Positions 47,908-60,495 of a stretch of DNA of 64,000 nt are shown piece after piece. The notes under the pieces were generated by a model. That model saw only the letters and a program-made list of their open reading frames with translations, made no database searches and was not told the origin of the DNA. The translations under genes and the position numbers were made by a program. Source of the DNA: Squalus acanthias (lineage: Eukaryota); contig CM059449.1 of the NCBI GenBank assembly GCA_030390025.1, forward strand, positions 36,518,001-36,582,000. Direction: 5' to 3'. The first letter of the stretch is position 1, and each line of letters opens with the position of its first letter.

Positions 47908-49820
47908 TCCTGGTCATGGGTCCCAGTAATACCTGAAGTGGGAGGGGCTTGGGCTGCTTTGTGACATCGTTCCTGGCTGCTGTTATGATTGGCTTCTGGC
48001 TCCTTTGTGATGTCACCTGGCGACAGGTTTACGCCCCTGGTTACACACCATCAGTGGCATTTCACTGTGGGAGGAGATGGAGTCGCAGCACATATGGAGA
48101 GTGAGTTTAGTCAATATAAATAGGGGCAAGGAAAGAAAAGAACAGTTTAACAGTAAAATAAGTAATTCAGCCAAATGTCATTAATTGCAAATATATTGAA
48201 CTAATCATAGTCACAAAAACAGTCCCACTGTATTCCAGTTACAGATTCTAGAATTAATAATCATTTTTATATTACAAGTTTCTTGGAGTGAGCAAAATCT
48301 CAGGAAGGTGGAGAGAGAGAAGTCGAATCATCACCACACTAACTGGGACTGGAGAAATGTCACTGGGTTCACAGAGCAGATCTGGTGCGACCAGGACCTT
48401 CAGTGTCAGAGACGGGATAAAACGGGAAGCTTCAACAATGATTGGAAAGGTAAGGAACTCTACTGAGAATCCCATCAGTCCAGGACTTTGTCAAAGTGAG
48501 AGTCTAACCAGATACTGGGAGCTGTTCAACATCTGCCATGAGGCTCACCCTTTGATGGTGCAAGTTGACCGGAGCTTAACTCGTATATAAACCTTGCCCA
48601 GACCTCACCTGGGAATGCTGGACACCTCCGTGAATAGGATTTTTTATTCTTATTAATCCCATGCTGTACCTGAGCTGGTGTGCTTCATTGGGTAGTGTAA
48701 AGGGAGCTGTACGCTGCATTGAACACATTCTGTATCTGAGGTGGCTGTGCTTGGTGAACCAATTTAGAGAGAGCTTTACTCTGTACCTAACTCGTGCTGT
48801 ACCTGACCTGGGAGGGTTTGATGAGACAGTGTAGAGGGAGCTTTACTCTGTATCTCGCCTGTGCTGTACCTGCCTGGGAATGTTTGATGGGACGGTGTAG
48901 AGGGCGCTTTAACCCATTATTGCCCATGATTTCCCCTCCAATTATTGCTCCGAAGGTCCCTGAACCTGATACCCCTGATGATATCACTGATTATTTCTGC
49001 GGACACCACTTCCTATTGCAGGGTATAGACTGGTTTCAGAACAGAGAGGAGGTTGTAATATCCCTGCCGTATCCCAAAACCATTGCCTGAAGCTCCCACT
49101 CACCGCCAAAGCAGGAGGGAGACACACTGCCTGATTGAAAGAGAAGGGAGACTTTGAGGTGTATAAAGCAAGAGGTGGACATGGGGCATTGAACAGTGGG
49201 TCCTCACAGTTTGAGGATGGGAGGGAGAGTTTATAAGGGGTAATTTTGGGAGTCTGTGCTCCCTGCAGCACCAGCGGACCCACACCAGAGAGAAGCCATT
49301 CGAAGGCACGGTGTGTGGGAAGCCGTTTAGTCAGTCGGGTCACTTTACAGCACACCAGTGAACTCTCACCGGGGTGAAACGATTCAGACGCACAGTGTGT
49401 GCGAAGGGGTTTAATTCATCCTGCTGTTTGTTGCGACATCAGCAAATCCACCCTGGGGAGACCACTTGAGTTGTACTGTGTGTGAAATGAAATTTGACAC
49501 AACTGGTTAGCTTCCACGCCAGTGAATTGACACCAGAGGGAAACTGTTGAATGGACTGGATTCACAACTGTCCCTGTTTCACTGAGATTCACAGAGTGAA
49601 ACCAACTAAAAACACTTGTTTCAGTAATTTGATGTTTAGAATGGCCTCCTCTGCTGCAGTAACTGTGCCAATGAAGTTGATTATATCACTGCTCACAATC
49701 TCACGGCACGATATCGCACTTTCTCCCTTTCACTTTCTCTGAAGTACAGATTAAGTGTCGGCTAAAAACATTGTATTTCCACAAGGGAAAGTGTAATTAT
49801 AGGAACAGGAGTCGGCCACT
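47908..49820 (+). pseudogene. Local duplicate block: X 3' part (to 48100), Y (48279-48449), X 5' part (from 49022), then a zinc-finger fragment and its 3' flank (49268-49820)
   Basis: Visible high similarity to 45460-46340, 44120-44640 and 43340-43790. Confidence 0.7.
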
Positions 49821-52800
49821 TAGCCCCTCGAGCTGTTCCGCCATTCAGTGAGATCCTGGCTGATCTGTGACCTAACTCCATATACCCTCCTTTGCCCATA
49901 TCCCTTAATACATTTAGTTAACAAAAATATGTCAATATCAGATTTAAATTTAACAATTGATCTCGAATTAATAGCCGTTTGAGGAAGAGAGTTCCAAACT
50001 TCTACCACCCTTTGTGTGAAGAAGTGATTCCTAACTTCGCTCCTGAAAGGCCTCCCCAAGCAGTGGAAATGGTTTCTCTCTCTCTACCCTATCAGCAACG
50101 CTCCCTCAGTCCCGACAGCCTGGGACCGGTTTCTTCAGTGATAAATTTTGCGTGTGTGCGAAACTGAGACTGGGCCGCGCACCCAAAAAATTAGGCGGAA
50201 CATTGTCTCTCACTTCCCCTTAATATCTTGAAAACTTCGATCAAATCACCTCTGAACCTTCTAAATTCCAGAAATACAACCCGGGTTTGTGTAATCTCTC
50301 CTCGTAATTTAACCCTTGGAGACCAGGAATCATTCTGGTCAATCTACGCTGCACTCCCTCCAAGGCCAATATATCCTTCCTAAGGTGTGGTGCCCAGAAC
50401 TGCTCCCAGAACCCCAGGTGTGGTCTAACCAGGGCTCTGTATAGCTGCAGCATAACTTCTACCCTAATAATAGATTCAAAGAAATTCTAGTACATCGAGA
50501 GGCCACCCGGCCCATTGTACCCTTCTAGCTCAGTAACTGGGACCCTTTCACTCCAATCCCGGATTCCTCTTTTCCAAATGTCGATATTACAAGTTTGGGT
50601 TTGCTGTTAGATATTCTCTCGAGTACAGCGGTGCTCATCTCTCCTGTAAGCGGTCAGCACCTTACGTTTAGGACTGTGTCCTCGCTGCCCGATGTCTAAT
50701 TATACAATAGTGTAGCCCCCAAGTATAACATTAACACCCCCTTGTGGTCTGAACCAGATATCCGAGTTATTTCTAGATGCCTCTCCAATCTTCCCACAGA
50801 GGTGCCACAAAAACACTTGGGAAAATGCAAATCAATAAACTGCATTGGTTCACAGCGAGTGAACATACAGAGCAACAGTTCCAATGGGACTCCCTTCAAT
50901 CAGTACAATGTGCCCACGTATTAACATCGAATAACCAACATGCTATGCTGCCCTACAGCAGTGGGTGTCTTGCTTAAGTTAATCCAAATTACTTAATTCC
51001 TAACCCTCTGAGGCTCAGTAAGAGCCCTCATAGTTCATAGAATCATCGAATGTTTGTCCTCATGTCCAGGGGTGAGTTCGAGAGCAGGAAGCTCACAGCA
51101 GGTCAGTCAGCATCGATGGAGAGATCAGAAAAGTTAATGTTTTGGAGCTCCTGAAATGGCAGCTTTTCCGTTCTCTCCACCCCACTGATGCTGAGTGACA
51201 GGTTGTGTTTCCAGCATTTTCTGTTTCTTGTTTGAAGCTGCTGAATCAAGGCTGCTGCTGTGCCTCTCTCCATCCCTCCCTGTTTTGAAACCAGCTTCAT
51301 GTAAAGCTCCACAGGAAGGGCCATTCCAACACGGCATGGTGGGAATGTTTCTTTGGAGTCCCCAAGTTGAGATCGTGACTCTCCTCTTGTTCCCAATCAT
51401 CATGGGCAACAGATTTAATGTCTGACTCTTTTCTGCACATTCTGTAAATGCCTATAGCCTTTCTTTTAAAATCTACGTGGATTCACTTTCTTTTAGAATC
51501 CAGCACTTAAAACACAACTCTTTTCCAATTCTATCTGTGGAAAAATCGTCAAACAGGGTTAAAATGGGACTTTGGAACAGGCCATTCGGCCCCTTGTGCC
51601 TGTTCCACCATTCTGTGAGATCATGGTTGATCTGGACCTCAACTCCATTTACCCACCTTTTCACCATCTCCCCTGATATCCTTACCCAGAAACATCTGTC
51701 AGTCTCAGTCTTGGAAATTTCAATTGACCCCGAGCAACCACAGCCTTTTGGGGAGAGAGTTCCAGATTTCCACGACCCTTTGTGTGAAAAAGTTCTTCCT
51801 GATTTCACTCCTGAATGGCCAAGCTGTAATTTTAAGATTTTGCTCCTTGTTTTGGTTTCTCTGTATCTACCCGAGCGAATCCTATTATCATTTTTAACAC
51901 TTTGGTTGGCTCCCCCCTCAAGCTTCTAAACTCAAGCGAATACAAACCGAGTTTGTGTAACCTGTCCCCATAATTGAACCCTTTAAATTCTGGTGAATCT
52001 GCGCTGCCCCCCCTCCAAAGCCCAGATATCCTTCCTGAGGTGCGGTGCCCAGAATCCATCCTATTCCCCGATCAGTGCTTTTATAATCTCTGCCCCAACA
52101 ATCACCCCTTGCAGAGCATTCTGTGTCTTTGGAGAGGCTGGAGAAGCTGGGATTGTTATCATTAGAGCAGAGAAGGTTAAGGGGAGATTTGATAGAAGTG
52201 TTCAAAATGCTGAGGGGTTTTGAGAGAGTAAATAAGGAGAAACTGTTTGCACTGACAGGAGGGTCAGTAACCAGAGCTCAGATTTCAGATAATTGGCAAA
52301 AGAACCAGGGCGGAGATCAGAAGACATTTATTTATGCAGAGAATTGTTGTGATCTGGAACGCACTGCCTGAAAGGTTGGTGGAAGCAGATTCAACAGTAA
52401 CTTTCAAAAGGGATTTGGATAAATACTTGAAAAGGATAACATTTCAGGGGAGTGGGACTAATTGGAGAGCTCTTTCAAAGAGCCAACACTGACACGATGG
52501 GCCGAATGGCCTCCTTCAGTGCTCCATGATCTCAATGAAAAGTTTTCTCCAACTTTCCCCTCCTTGTTCCCCTGCCAAACCTGAGCCGATGCACTTCTAT
52601 TACAGCCTCACCGACCAATGTAACAATCCCTTGCCACCAACCCCCACAGAACTGTATAAATCGCTGAAGTTCCCCAGTAAGAAAGGCCCCAATTCTTTCA
52701 GCCATTCTTTATACTGTGTTCAGCTTGGATTCACAATCTTCATCTAGCCCTGTCTGTCCTGATCTCTCTCTCTCTAAGACACATCATAGTTGTTCATTAT

Positions 52801-53887
52801 TGCCTCTGGTTGAACAGATGCCCAGTTTTGACTGATCAGATCACTGCCAGCTGGTGACTGAGCAGTGGTTTGTTCAGTGGCTTTGCCAGAACTTGATGTT
52901 ATCGGCAGTAATACCCTGGGCTCTGGAGCAGCTCATTTCCTGATTGGTACATCAGGGGTTGTTTCCACTGAAGCTGAGATTTAATAAGAGTTTTTTAAAT
53001 AATTGGTCCAGGGAAAGCCCATCTCTCCCACAACTGGGAGATGCTCTTTCAGATGTGGCTTCTTCTCCCTGGAGAGAAGAGGAACAGACAAAAACAAGAA
53101 CAGACAGAAAGATATATTTATTGTGATATTTAAAGGAATCATTTTTCACCCCTCTGAAATCAGACTGGGTTCAGAAGCCGAGAGCTTTCAGGCAGGTTTG
53201 AAGGTTGAGAAAGTTGTAGAGAGGTTCAAACATTCTTCGAAAGCTGGAAGGTGTTTTAACGCTGAATTTGGAAGCCTTATGGTAGAGTTTAGCTAATCAG
53301 AAGCAAAAGAGTGCAGCAGTGAAATAGAACCGAGAATTCCAGCACTGACCAGGATAGCTAAAGCTAGAAACTGACTGAAGTAAGATGGCGATGACCGTGG
53401 ATGATGACCTGCTACAGGTCTCCCAGAGGAAGGTGGAACTGCCCAATGTCACAGCAGCCACCCTCCGACATATCTTGTGCTGATATCCCGAAAGGACAGT
53501 CAGACCACTAGAAGCTGAGCAGTGATTCATTGAATATGGACTGTAAATGTAGCCTTGCCCAGTCTGTGAGTTACTGTTACAGTGCCGAGATATTGTGAAC
53601 ATTACTGTTGAACCTCCAGTGCTTTAGGTTCTCTGATCACTTTGCTCTGACTATAAAGTCCAACTGAACCTGATGATGGGATTAATTGTGATTTGCAGCT
53701 GTTAAACAGGTTAGTGCTGGTTAATGCACCCTGTCTGGTTTATACTAAGATGACGGATCAACTGGGAGTTAATTTACATCCAGTGTTGTCCCACTGTTGA
53801 TTGATCCGTTTAGGTTAACTCGCCTAAATTTTTCTCTTTGATCTATTTATCCACTTTCTTTTGAAAAGCAAATCCACGTTGTCCAGA

Positions 53888-54298
53888 GGCCTCAGCACCA
53901 TGCTGCACCCACACTGTCCATAGGCCTCAGCACCATGCTGCACCCACACTGTCCATAGGCCTCAGCACCATGCTGCACCCACACTGTCCATAGGCCTCAG
54001 CACCATGCTGCACCCACACTGTCCATAGGCCTCAGCACCATGCTGCACCCTCACTGTCCATAGGCCTCAGCACCATGCTGCACCCTCACTGTCCATAGGC
54101 CTCAGCACCATGCTGCACCCACACTGTCCATAGGCCTCAGCACCATGCTGCACCCACACTGTCCATAGGCCTCAGCACCATGCTGCACCCACACTGTCCA
54201 TAGGCCTCAGCACCATGCTGCACCCACACTGTCCATAGGCCTCAGCACCATGCTGCACCCACACTGTCCATAGGCCTCAGCACCATGCTGCACCCTCA
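53888..54298. repeat. 35-bp minisatellite, ~11.5 near-identical copies
   Basis: Unit aggcctcagcaccatgctgcacccacactgtccat. Confidence 0.95.
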
Positions 54299-54994
54299 CC
54301 TCTTGCAATATGTCTACAGTATCACTCACTTGTTCATACATTCGAATGTATTTGCTCAATATCACCATGGAGACCACTTAAAGTCTCTCTTTCTAAACAT
54401 TATTTGTATATATAGATTTTCATTGTGTGATATCTTCATTAAAAACAGAAGTAGGATCCTGACTCTTGTCCCCTCAATCCTTCTGAAACTTCAACATTGA
54501 CAATATAGGCTGGGTGAGCATTCCTTTATGGTTTTCTTAATGTTTCCAACATTCACAGTCGAGTGGATGAAATCACGTCCTTCTCGGGATCAAACATTGG
54601 GAGTCGCACTAACATTTCAATTCTGAATGGATAGATGTGGGATCATTTTCAGGTGGGTGAGGCGGGGGTTTCTTGTTTATGTCGAGTGTCAGAGAGGATC
54701 CGCCCCGTTTTGAGCTGATTTTTCGGTTGTATTCCAGTATAACCGGAACAACTTGTCCAAAATCATAAAGGATAGCTGATGGAGTTTTATATTTTATATC
54801 CGTATTCTTTCCATCCAGATTATGCCATTGGCAATACCGGACTCGGATGGTTATAATATTTAATAGATCGACAGGGATGTATCCTTGTATTGTTTGTTCT
54901 AATGATCTGCTCGAGATGTTTACTATTTGTTGTTGATTCACTAGGTGAACACGGTCTCGAGGCAATCAATTGCTCACATCTACTTGTTTCTCAG

Positions 54995-56220
54995 TTATAA
55001 CTCTCAGGAAAGGATAAACAGGCTGGGCCTTTTTTTTCTTCAAAAGATAAAGCTGAGGGGTGACCGAATAGAGGTGTTTAAAACTCTGAAAGATTTTGAT
55101 AGATTGCACAGAGAGAGAGAGGCCCGTATTTTCCGATAGCAGGCTTCCCGCGGGCGGAGGACTGCGATCTGGAAAAATCTGCGCCCTTACCTGAGGGCTC
55201 CCGGGACGCGCACAGTTCCGATGCTGGGCCTCTCCAAACTGCCGGTGTGCAGGGCCCAGGTATCCCAGAGGCGCAGGTAGTTCGCAGCGTCCCTGGGATC
55301 ACGTGGGCCATGGGGAGCCAATCACAGAAGGGAATCTCCATTCATACATTTGACAGGAAGACCTGTCAAATATATGAATGGAGATCATCCCAAAAACATA
55401 GTAAAACTTTAAATAAATTTCAAAAAAAAAAATCACATTTTTAAAATGACTTGAAATTACAATAAATTACATATACATATACATAAAATGTATATTAAAC
55501 AAAAATTTAATTTTTTGAAAAAAATAATTCAAGTATTTTGTGGGGCTAAAAATAAACGTAACTTTTTTTAAAGCATTTTTAAATGATAAATCAGTGAGAA
55601 CATTTTTTAAAACTTTTTTCTACTCTTATCCTGGTAAAAGCAGGCCTTATGCTTGCTTTTACCAGGCGTAAGAATTCTAAGGGTTTTCTGCGGGCGGAGG
55701 GTCTCCAGAAAGCGGAACTATCTGCCTGCAGAGGCCCTTCTCCAGGGCAGCCGGAGGTTCTGTCAAGAGCATTCTTGACAGATCGGAATTGTGGGTTTTC
55801 AGCGCATGCGCTGTGCATGCCTGAAACCGGTATTTCCAATGTCCCTACGGGTGGTACACAGCGCGTACACACCCATAGGGATCGGAATATCTGGCCCAGA
55901 GTGTTTTCACTTGTGGGGAAGAGCAAAACTAGAGGCCATCAATATAAGATAGTTACCAAGAAATCAAATAGGGAATTCAGAAGAAACTGCTTCACCCAGA
56001 GTGGTGAGAATGTGGAACTTGCGAGGAGTAGTTGAGGGGAATAGTATAGACGCATTTAAGGGGAAGCTAGATAAGTATATGAGGGAGAAGGGAATAGAGG
56101 GTTCTGCTGATAGAGTTAGATGAGGAAGGATGGGAGGAGGCTCGAGTGGAGCATCAATGCCGGCATGGCCTGGTTGGGCCGAATGGCCTGTTTCTGTGCT
56201 GTATATTCTGTGTAATTCTA
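54995..56220 (+). mobile_element. CR1 3' fragment interrupted by a MITE
   Basis: LRGDRIEVFK..FDR | RVFSLVGKSKTRGHQYK, tail attctgtgtaattcta. Confidence 0.85.
55121..55897. mobile_element. PIF/Harbinger-like MITE
   Basis: Ends GGCCCGTATTTTCCGAT / ATCGGAATATCTGGCCC, TSD AGA/AGA, subterminal hairpin at ~55845-55878. Confidence 0.72.
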
Positions 56221-57929
56221 TTCTGGCCAGAGTTTTTCAGTCCATAATAGTCTCGATTTCTTCCAGAGCCAGTCCTATGATGTCCTGTGCCACCTCCCGA
56301 CTGTCCGTATAGCCTCTCTGGGGATATTTTTAAATTTGTCTTCCTGAATTTCCAAATCCTTAACTGATGCAGTATTCCAACCAGTTGCTGTACCGAATCC
56401 CCCCATTCCCAACTTGTCTCATAGGGACCTTTTCCCTTCCCTTCTCACTCTCTTCCTCCTCTGGATCATTCTGTGGTTCCTTACAGTCCAGGGCATGTTT
56501 TTTATATCAGTGCAGTAGATTGGCAAATTCCCAGTCCGGGATCAAGGTTTGTTCTTGGATCCTGAATTCAAAGAATCCTTGCTTGAATTCTTGAAATTGA
56601 TTGTTGCTTACTTCCTCTTGTCCAGTTCTCCTGTCACAGTACCTCGAAGTCTGAGCTTCCCTTCATACTGCAGTATCTTGTCCTATGATCAAACTTTGGC
56701 AGACCGTTCCAATTGGTCTGGACTATCGGTGCCCATTTTTGTAAATCAATAACCAGTGGTTTTACCACATATTATACATTCTGAATTATAATACATAATA
56801 CTCCTGGGTCAGGACTCCCCAATCAGTGGGCCAAATTTTATTTCTGGTCAATCGCTTACCACTTTCGCATTGTCCCTTTTGATAAGGTTTTGTTTGGCCC
56901 ACATGGTCCCACTTACCCTCCATTTGTCATTTGGTGTCCTTAGTTCTAACCGTTTGGACCCAATGTCTCCATTACTGTGAACGGTGCTCTCCACTTGGGA
57001 TTCAGTGAGTGGGAAGGATTACCGAACCATTTTAACAGAACCTTATCACCAGCTAGGTACAAATAGTCCATATGTGTAAGATCCTGGTTTCCTTTTATTG
57101 TATCAGCAGCCCTTCCCAATTGGTGGGCCATCCACCCATTCATTTCCCTGATGGCCGCCTTCAGATGAATGACAGACTCGGTTTGATCAACTACTCCCTT
57201 CAGAGAGTCCGACAACCCCTCGTACATGAGGTGCTCTGGGCGTCTCGTACTTCGCCCTGTCATTAGGGTCTCAATCCCAGAGCGCAGCAAGGAGTGGATC
57301 TGCTGGCCAGCGAGGCTAATGGCATCTTCACATCCCAATCCCTGCCATTTATTGCTCCAAATTTTCTGGAAATTATTTACAAAGTGCAGTTTGCTCTTTC
57401 CACTGTCCCTGGTGACTGTGTGAATTGTGGAACTGGTTTTATGTCCAACAAATTCATTCTTTGAGCCATGACCTCTTTTGGCGAACCTCACTGAGTGGTT
57501 TATTTTCCGACCAGAGCTTTAGCAATGGGGATAGCTTGCACCCATTTCGAAAACTAATCCGCTCCAAGTAAAATATATTTGTTTCCTATTGCGGTTGTAG
57601 TTTAAGGCTCTATCCAATCAATTTGTAATGAGCACCATGGTCCCTGTTTTAGTCGGGTCACAGGGTGGGTGGGGTTCCTTTATTTTGTAGTGATCATATT
57701 TACATGGGCGCGTGTGAGACATTGGTTCCAGCGTATTGTTCCATTCATTGCCATTTCTGGCCAACAGCCCAAGTCTCTCACCCACTGTAAGGTTTTCACT
57801 GCTGTTCAGCTGTTGAGGCATTGTGAGCTGTGTCCAGTAATATGGCCCAACTCTCTCAACCCTCCTTCGCTATTGGCAAATGGGTTGTATGGAACGCAGT
57901 TTCTTGTTCTACGGTCAACTTATTGAAAT

Positions 57930-60030
57930 CATAAAATGAAACAACATAGAAGGAGGCCATTGGGCCCATCGTGCCTGTGCCGGCTCTTTGGTCGAGCTAT
58001 CCAGTTAATCCCACTCCCCTGCTCTTTCCCCATAGCCCTGCACATTTTCCCCTTCAAGTATTGATCCAATTGTCTTTTGAAAATTACTATTGAATCTGCT
58101 TCCACCGCCCTTTCAGGCAGTGCATTCCAGATCACAACAACTCGCTGCTTAAAATACTGTCTTCTCATCTCCCCCCTGGTTCTTTTGCCAATTATCTGAA
58201 ATCTGTTTGCTCTGGTTACTGACCCTCCTGTCAGTGGAAGCAGTTTCTCCTTATTTACTCTCCCACCTCGATCAAATCTCCACTTAACCTTTTCTGCTCT
58301 AAGGAGAACAACCCCAGCTTCTCCAGTCTATCCCTGTAACTGAAGTCCCTCATCCCTGGTACCATTCCAGTAAATCTCTTCTGCCCCCTCTCCTAGGCCT
58401 TGACATCCTTCCTATAGTGTGGTGTATTGAACACAATACTCCAGCTGGGGCCTAACCTGTCTTTATAAAGGTTGAGCATAACTTCTTGCTTTTACATTCT
58501 ATTCCTCTATTAATAAAGCCAAGGATCCCATCTGCTTTTTAACAGCCTTCTCAACTTGTCCTGCCCCCTTCAAAGATTTGTGTCCATGCACCTCATGTCT
58601 CTCTGTTCCTGCACCCCCTTTAATTTTGCACCATTTAGTTCATATTGCCTCTTCTCACCAAAATGTATCAACTCACACTTCTCTCTGTTAAATTTCATCT
58701 GCCATGTGTCTGCCCATTTCACCAGTCTGTGTGTGCTCCTGAAGTCTGTTACTATCCTCCTCATTGTTCACTACATTTGAGTTTCGTGTCATCTGCAAAC
58801 TTTGAAATTATGCCCTGTATAGCCAAGTGTGAGGTGATACATTTTGGTAGGAAGAATGAGGAGAGACCATGCACACTAAACAGTACAATTTTAAATGGAG
58901 TACAAGAACAGAGAGACCTGGGGGTACTTGTGCACAAATCTTTGAAGGTGGCAGGACAGGTTAACACGGCAGTTAATAAACCACATGGGATCCTGGGCCT
59001 CATAAATAGACACTTCACCTGAGGAAGGAGCGATAGTTCCGAAAGCTTGTGATTTCAAATAAAACTGTTGGACTATAACCTGGTGTTGTGCGACCTCTCA
59101 TAAATAGAGGCAGAGAGTACAAAAGCCAGGAAGTTCTGCCAAACCTGTATAAAACGCTAGTTCAGCCCCAGCTTGTGTCCAATTCTGAGCACCACACTTT
59201 TGGAAGGACATGACGGCTTTGGAGAGGGTGGAGATATTTACTATAATGGTTCCAGGGATGAGGGATTACAGTTCCGGGGACAGACTGGAGAAGCTGGGTT
59301 GTTCTCCTTGGGTCAGAGAAGGCTAAGAGGAGATTTGACAGAGGTGTTTAAAAGCATAAAGGATTTAGATGGTGTAAATAAAGAGAAACAGTGCTGAGAG
59401 GTTGTTTCCCCTGGCTGGCGAGTCTAGAACTAGGGGGAATAGTCTCAGAATAAGGGGTCGGCCATTTAAGACTGAGATGAGGATGAATTTCTTCACTCCG
59501 AGGGTTGTGAATCTTTGGAATTCTCTACTCCAATGGGCTGTGGATGCTGAGTCGTTGAGTGTATTTAAGGCTGAGATAGATTTTTTGGACTCTCGGGGAA
59601 TGAAGGGATATGGGGATCTGGCGGGGAAGTGGAGTTGAGATCGAAGATCAGCCATGATCTCATTGAATGGCGGAGCAGGCTCGAGGGGCCGTATGGCCTA
59701 CACCTGCTCCTAATTCTTGTGTTCTTAGTTTCCAATGGCTGAAGGCTCGATCACGAGAGGGCACAGATTTAAGGTGGTTGGCAAACGAACCAGAGGCGAC
59801 ATGAGCAAAAACATTTTTACGTAACGTGTGGTTAGGATTTGGATTGCTCTGCCTGATAGGGTGGTGGATACAGATTCATTGTAGCCTTCAAAAGGGAACT
59901 GGATACATACTTGAGGGGAGAGAATTGCAGGGATATGGGGTACGAGCGGGGCAGTGGGACTAACTCGATTGCTCTTTGAAAGAGCCAGTGCAGACTCGAT
60001 GGACCGAATGGCCTCCTTCTGTGATGTTCT
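57930..60030. mobile_element. Back-to-back CR1 fragments (minus 57930-58820, plus 58822-60030) with further nested insertions
   Basis: Both fragments start in the RT region (ISKFADDTK / KCEVIHFGRKN) and run outward to their own 3' tails. A third CR1 tail is inserted at ~59390-59728. Confidence 0.85.
59011..59096 (+). mobile_element. 86-bp Penelope-derived insertion consisting almost only of the hammerhead-like motif and tail
   Basis: CTGAGGA-AGGAGC gata GTTCC-GAAAGCTT. Perfect 12-bp TSD CTCATAAATAGA at 58999-59010 and 59097-59108. Confidence 0.8.
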
Positions 60031-60055
60031 ACTGAGATTCTATTCTATGATACGG

Positions 60056-60495
60056 CCCCTCTGGCAGTGCAGCACTCCCTCAGTACTGCCCCTCTGACAG
60101 TGCAGCACCCCCTCAGTACTGCCCCTCTGACAGTGCAGCACTCCCTCAGTACTGCCCCTCTGACAGTGCAGCACTCCCTCAGTACAGCCCCTCTGACAGT
60201 GCAGTACCCCCTCAGTACTGCCCCTCTGACAGTACAGCACTCCCTCAGTACTGCCCCTCTGACAGTGCAGCACTCCCTCAGTACTGCCCCTCTGACAGTG
60301 CAGCACTCCCTCAGTACAGCCCCTCTGACAGTGCAGTACCCCCTCAGTACTGCCCCTCTGACAGTGCAGTACCCCCTCAGTACTGCCCCTCTGACAGTGC
60401 AGCACTCCCTCAGTACTGCCCCTCTGACAGTGCAGCACTCCCTCAGTACTGCCCCTCCGACAGTGCAGATCTCCCTCCGTACTGCCCCTCCGATA
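60056..60495. repeat. 33-bp minisatellite, ~13 copies, derived from a Deu-SINE internal segment
   Basis: Unit cagtgcagcactccctcagtactgcccctctga matches the SINE copy at 38423-38455 (cctctgacagtgcagcactccctccgtactgc). Confidence 0.9.

Larger units (their letters stand above)
54300..57925 (-). mobile_element. Decayed LTR retroelement/ERV: integrase followed by an env-like remnant, split by a CR1 plus MITE insertion
   Basis: Integrase IDWIEP*TTTAIGNKYILLGAD*FSKWVQAIP, TLMTGR and GDKVLL...LNPKWRAPFTV. Downstream RRKRVRREGKR-SL*DKLGMGGFGTATGWN (56460-56370). Confidence 0.7.

Noticed and set aside
52775-53069. Strong minus-strand splice acceptor followed by a terminal-exon-like stretch
   Set aside because: All frames contain stops and no homology is recognisable; it might be a spliced accessory region of the ERV but this is unsupported.
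13904-60495. Tandem arrays as CRISPR arrays
   Set aside because: The units are contiguous with no unique spacers, there are no cas genes, and the context is vertebrate.
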